Of a DNA stretch of 64,000 nucleotides, positions 60,369-64,000 are shown piece by piece. The position numbers and the translations under genes were made by a program. The stretch is from Bacteroidaceae bacterium (GTDB lineage: Bacteria; Bacteroidota; Bacteroidia; Bacteroidales; UBA932): assembly GCA_963642795.1 (NCBI GenBank), contig CAVIHT010000007.1, positions 11,529 through 75,528 of the forward strand, in the 5' to 3' direction. The first letter of the stretch is position 1, and the number at the start of each line of letters is the position of its first letter. Below the pieces are notes generated by a model. That model ran no database searches and was not told the origin of the DNA. It worked only from the letters and a program-made list of their open reading frames with translations.

Positions 60369-63317
60369 ATGAACTTCAGATTGTTGCCAGCTTTGGCGAT
60401 CGCGGCCGCCCTGTCGGGAGTGACAGATGCGGCAGCCCAGAAGAAAGAAATGGATCACAGCGTTTACGATTCATGGCAGAGCGTGTCGGACATCCAGAAA
60501 AGCGATGACGGCAACGTGCTTGTGTGGTGCGTCAATCCTCAGGAGGGAGATGGAACCCTTTATGTCAGGAATATGACCCCGGAAAAGAAAGGCAAACCTT
60601 CATGCCGGGAGATCAGCATTCCCCGCGGCTCGCAGGCTTCCCTTGATCCTAAGGGGAAGTGGCTTTACCTCAGGATAAAGCCTCAGTTCGCCAAGACCCG
60701 TCAGGAGAAGATTGACAAGAAGAAGTCTGAGAACATGACGAAGGACACCCTCGCCGTTGTTGACCTCACGTCGATGACAGTCAGGAAATACGGCCGCGTG
60801 GATTCCTACACCACCGGCTCTCTTGCAAAACCTTACATCGCCTACAAGTCCACCTGGAAGCACTTCAAGGACACCACGGACAAAAAAGGAACCGACAAGA
60901 CCGGACTCATCATCCTGAATCCGGCCACCGACAGGAAGGACACCCTTGCCTGCATAGACTCATATTCTTTCAATCAAGACGGTTCCGTGCTTGTGATGAC
61001 CTCCAAAAAAGACAAGAAGGATTCGCTTTCCGTCACCGCCGTGCTTGTAGCCCGCGCTCCTGCGTGTCTTGACACCCTTGTCAAAGGGGCGGAGTCCTAC
61101 AGCCGTCTGACATTCAGCGACGCTGAGGATCAGCTCTTGTTCCTCGGCTCCAGAGACAAGAGCAAGAACCGCAACAAGTGTCAGGCTCTGTATCTTACGA
61201 ACATCCAGGCTCTGAAGACGGGAAAGAGATCAGTACCGGCCGCTATGCTCCGACAGGCCGGCCAACCGCTTGCCGACAGCATGACCGTCATCAGCAAGGA
61301 CGGAGGATGGGTTTATTCAACTAAAGAGATCGTCGCCGAGGGGACAAAGGTCGAAGGCACTCCGGGCTGGACTCTCAATGAGAACACCGAACTTCAGTTC
61401 ACCCCTGACGGCAAGCGCCTTTTCCTCGGAATCGGTGCCATCCGTCCTCCTAAGGACACCACGATCGTGGACTTCGAGACAGCCCAGCTTGACATCTGGA
61501 ACTGGGACGCGGTTTACACTCCGCCGCAGCAGAGGCTCAATGTCAACAAGAAACTCAAGAAGACATATTGGGCAACCATCGATCTCTCCGAACCTGACAG
61601 GATTGTTCCGCTGACGACATCGTATTTCGACAACATCCGTTTTATGAACGGAGGTCTTTCTGAATGGGTGCTTTCAGCAGACAATCTCAAATATGCACGT
61701 ACATCCGTCTGGGACTACAACAACCGTTATGACTTCACCCTCGTGAACGTCAGGGACGGTTCAAGAAAGGTTGTGGCTGAAGGACTCAATGTAGGACGGT
61801 TCGACATGTCCCCGAGCGGAAAGTACCTTGTCTGGTTCGACAACGAAGATATGAACTGGTTCACCTACGACACCCGGACCGGCGAGAAAGTGAATCTTAC
61901 CGCACAGACCGGTGTCCCTTTCTACGACGAAGAGGATGACCATCCTACCGCCGCTCCGGCCCACGAGTTCTCTCCGAAATGGTACAAGGACGAGGATGCG
62001 GTTCTGATCATTGACCGTTATGACATCTGGAAGTTCTCTCCCGACGGAAAGACCGCCGTCAACCTGACTGGAGGGGTCGGCCGTCAGACCCATAACCGTT
62101 TCAAGATTGTGGATCCTAAACCGGACACCAGAAAGCCTAACGAGCGACGCTGCGGAGTGGCCAGACCGTTTGACCCCAAGCAGACTGTTTACCTCAGCGT
62201 CTTCAACGAGGAAAGTCAGGAGAACGGCTTCGGCAGCGTGAATCTCGCCAAGCCTGCCAAGACCCTGAAGTATTTCACTGACACCGTCAGCTTCAAGTAC
62301 GTCGCCGGAACCCGGAGCACAAACAGGATTTTCTACCAGAAAGGCAATTTCCGCAACTGCTATGACCTTTATTATACTGACGATTTCTTTGCGAGTTCAA
62401 CAAAGGTCTCCGCTGTCAACCCTCAAATGAATGACTACCGCTGGGGCTGCGCCGAACTGTTCCGCTGGAACGCCTACGACGGCACACCTTTGAAGGGTCT
62501 CGTCTTCATCCCGGACGGAGTTAAGGAAGGGGATAAACTCCCTGTGATGATCTACTTCTACGAGAAGAACGCCAACAGTCTCTATTCATTCTGGACACCG
62601 GCTCCTTCCCGCTCGATAGTGAATATTCCTTTCTACACCTCCAGAGGCTATATCGTCTTCGTCCCGGACATAGTCTATAAGGTGGGGCACCCGGGGGAGA
62701 GCGCCTACAACTGCATCTGCTCCGGTGCCGAAGCCCTCTGCGGGAAATATTCCATCGCTGACAAGAGCCGGATGGCGATCCAGGGCCAGAGCTGGGGCGG
62801 CTACCAGACCGCATGGCTCATCACACGCACGAACATGTTCGCGGCGGCAGGTTCCGGAGCTCCTGTCGGGAACATGACCTCGGCCTACGGCGGCATCCGC
62901 TGGGGTTCGGGCATCACCCGCGCCGGCCAGTACGAGCATGGCCAGAGCCGGATCGGAAAGAATATGTGGGAGCCGGGCGCTCTTGACCTCTACATCGAGA
63001 ACTCACCGGTCTTCCATGTCGATAAGGTTCAGACCCCTGTGCTTATCATGCACAATGACGCCGACGGAGCGGTTCCGTGGTACCAGGGAATCGAGTTCTT
63101 CTCCGACCTCCGCCGTCTGGACAAGCCGGCTTGGCTGCTCCAGTACAACAAGGAGGCCCACAACCTCGTCCAGAGACGCAACTGCAAGGACTTGTCAGTC
63201 AGGCTGCAACAGTTTTTTGACCATTATTTGAAGGATGCGCCGATGCCGGCGTGGATGAAGACCGGCGTGCCTTATGAGGACAAAGGCGAATATTTCGGCT
63301 TCGAGAATGCTGAATAG
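60369..63317 (+). CDS. S9 family (prolyl oligopeptidase/DPP-like) serine peptidase, secreted
   Basis: It has a signal peptide and a long beta-propeller-like N-terminal region. The C-terminal catalytic motifs are GQSWGGYQTAW (GxSxGG), HNDADGAVPW and KEAHNL. Confidence 0.85.
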   Translation: MNFRLLPALAIAAALSGVTDAAAQKKEMDHSVYDSWQSVSDIQKSDDGNVLVWCVNPQEGDGTLYVRNMTPEKKGKPSCREISIPRGSQASLDPKGKWLYLRIKPQFAKTRQEKIDKKKSENMTKDTLAVVDLTSMTVRKYGRVDSYTTGSLAKPYIAYKSTWKHFKDTTDKKGTDKTGLIILNPATDRKDTLACIDSYSFNQDGSVLVMTSKKDKKDSLSVTAVLVARAPACLDTLVKGAESYSRLTFSDAEDQLLFLGSRDKSKNRNKCQALYLTNIQALKTGKRSVPAAMLRQAGQPLADSMTVISKDGGWVYSTKEIVAEGTKVEGTPGWTLNENTELQFTPDGKRLFLGIGAIRPPKDTTIVDFETAQLDIWNWDAVYTPPQQRLNVNKKLKKTYWATIDLSEPDRIVPLTTSYFDNIRFMNGGLSEWVLSADNLKYARTSVWDYNNRYDFTLVNVRDGSRKVVAEGLNVGRFDMSPSGKYLVWFDNEDMNWFTYDTRTGEKVNLTAQTGVPFYDEEDDHPTAAPAHEFSPKWYKDEDAVLIIDRYDIWKFSPDGKTAVNLTGGVGRQTHNRFKIVDPKPDTRKPNERRCGVARPFDPKQTVYLSVFNEESQENGFGSVNLAKPAKTLKYFTDTVSFKYVAGTRSTNRIFYQKGNFRNCYDLYYTDDFFASSTKVSAVNPQMNDYRWGCAELFRWNAYDGTPLKGLVFIPDGVKEGDKLPVMIYFYEKNANSLYSFWTPAPSRSIVNIPFYTSRGYIVFVPDIVYKVGHPGESAYNCICSGAEALCGKYSIADKSRMAIQGQSWGGYQTAWLITRTNMFAAAGSGAPVGNMTSAYGGIRWGSGITRAGQYEHGQSRIGKNMWEPGALDLYIENSPVFHVDKVQTPVLIMHNDADGAVPWYQGIEFFSDLRRLDKPAWLLQYNKEAHNLVQRRNCKDLSVRLQQFFDHYLKDAPMPAWMKTGVPYEDKGEYFGFENAE

Positions 63318-63340
63318 ATTGTAACGACAAAAACAATATA

Positions 63341-64000
63341 ATGACAAAACTGGCGATATTCGACCTTGACGGCACGCTGCTGAACACCGTTGAGGACCTT
63401 GGGAACGCCACCAACTATGCTTTGGAGCGGTTGGGCTTCCCGACGCACCCTACTGAAGCATATTACCAAATGGTCGGCCGCGGAATCTACAACCTTTTCC
63501 GCGCCGCCATTCCTTCTGAATATGCAACCGAAGACAATGTCCGGAGGATGGCTTCATATTTCATTCCCTACTACGACGCTCACAAATGCGACTTTACCAG
63601 ACCCTATGACGGCATCCCGGAGATGTTGAAGACCATCAGCGGCAGGGGAGTGCGCCTTGCTGTGGCCTCCAACAAGTACCAGGACGGCGCGGAGAAGCTC
63701 GTGGGCCACTTCTTCGGGGAATATGACTTCGTAAGGATTCTTGGTCAGCGTGACGGCCAACCGATAAAACCTGATCCTGCGATTGTAGATCAGATTCTGG
63801 CGGAGGTTCCTTCGACCACTAAGGATCAGGTGGTCTATGTCGGTGACTCCAATGTGGACATGCAGACAGGATCCAACGCCGGAGTCCGCACAATCGGTGT
63901 CACCTGGGGATTCAGGAGCAGGGAAGAACTCGCCGCCTATGCTCCTTCTGCCATTGTTGACACTCCCGGGATGCTGTCCAAAGAGATTCTGGAAGGTTGA
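63341..64000 (+). CDS. HAD-IA family hydrolase (phosphoglycolate phosphatase-like)
   Basis: It has motif I IFDLDGTLLNT and motif IV VGDSNVDMQTGSNAG. The stop codon TGA occupies 63998-64000, so the CDS is complete. Confidence 0.85.
   Translation: MTKLAIFDLDGTLLNTVEDLGNATNYALERLGFPTHPTEAYYQMVGRGIYNLFRAAIPSEYATEDNVRRMASYFIPYYDAHKCDFTRPYDGIPEMLKTISGRGVRLAVASNKYQDGAEKLVGHFFGEYDFVRILGQRDGQPIKPDPAIVDQILAEVPSTTKDQVVYVGDSNVDMQTGSNAGVRTIGVTWGFRSREELAAYAPSAIVDTPGMLSKEILEG

Noticed and set aside
1-64000. A search for rRNA, tRNA, CRISPR arrays, integrases, transposases and prophage genes
   Set aside because: I recognised no tRNA-like T-arm or acceptor patterns, no regularly spaced direct repeats and no recombinase-like ORFs. 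This was a visual scan only. tRNAscan-SE, Infernal and CRISPR finders should be run to confirm the absence.

Overview
This looks like a chromosomal segment of a Bacteroidales (Bacteroidota) genome. The evidence is a SusC/SusD pair, a short 286-aa RpoD, many exact TAnnTTTG -7 promoter boxes, and moderately high GC that produces long antisense shadow ORFs. I support about 55 protein-coding genes, mostly core housekeeping: pckA, recQ, mtaB, folB, parE, dnaN, rpoD, argS, a YgiQ radical-SAM protein, an HtrA protease and an MsbA-like exporter. I found no rRNA, tRNA, CRISPR array, integrase or transposase. The accessory-looking parts are the end of a SusC/SusD polysaccharide utilisation locus (PUL) at 1-5651, a low-GC class II Fic gene at 22226-23515, an NfeD/flotillin/HTH/tandem-esterase cluster at 27885-32317, and an ECF sigma/anti-sigma/DUF2807 module at 57610-59580. 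Many ORF-track starts are TTG/GTG extensions, and I re-set them to the internal start codon. Two genes are missing from the track: a 57-aa 2x[4Fe-4S] ferredoxin, and an edge-truncated Calx-beta-like lipoprotein. I see no convincing new multi-gene protein system. The most unusual signals are non-coding. First, a dispersed family of near-identical 30-50 nt intergenic elements, with core AAAAGAGGAATTATTTTWAAACAGCTTCTGA (copies at 841-920, 5882-5901, 23607-23637, 49205-49257, 59647-59695). Second, a leader with mutually exclusive perfect hairpins built from four GGGAC(G)AAA repeats in front of a membrane-anchored LytTR regulator. Third, a promoter-plus-terminator unit that suggests an ~85 nt small RNA upstream of the ECF sigma operon. 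All product calls rest on motif recognition by eye; no database search was run.
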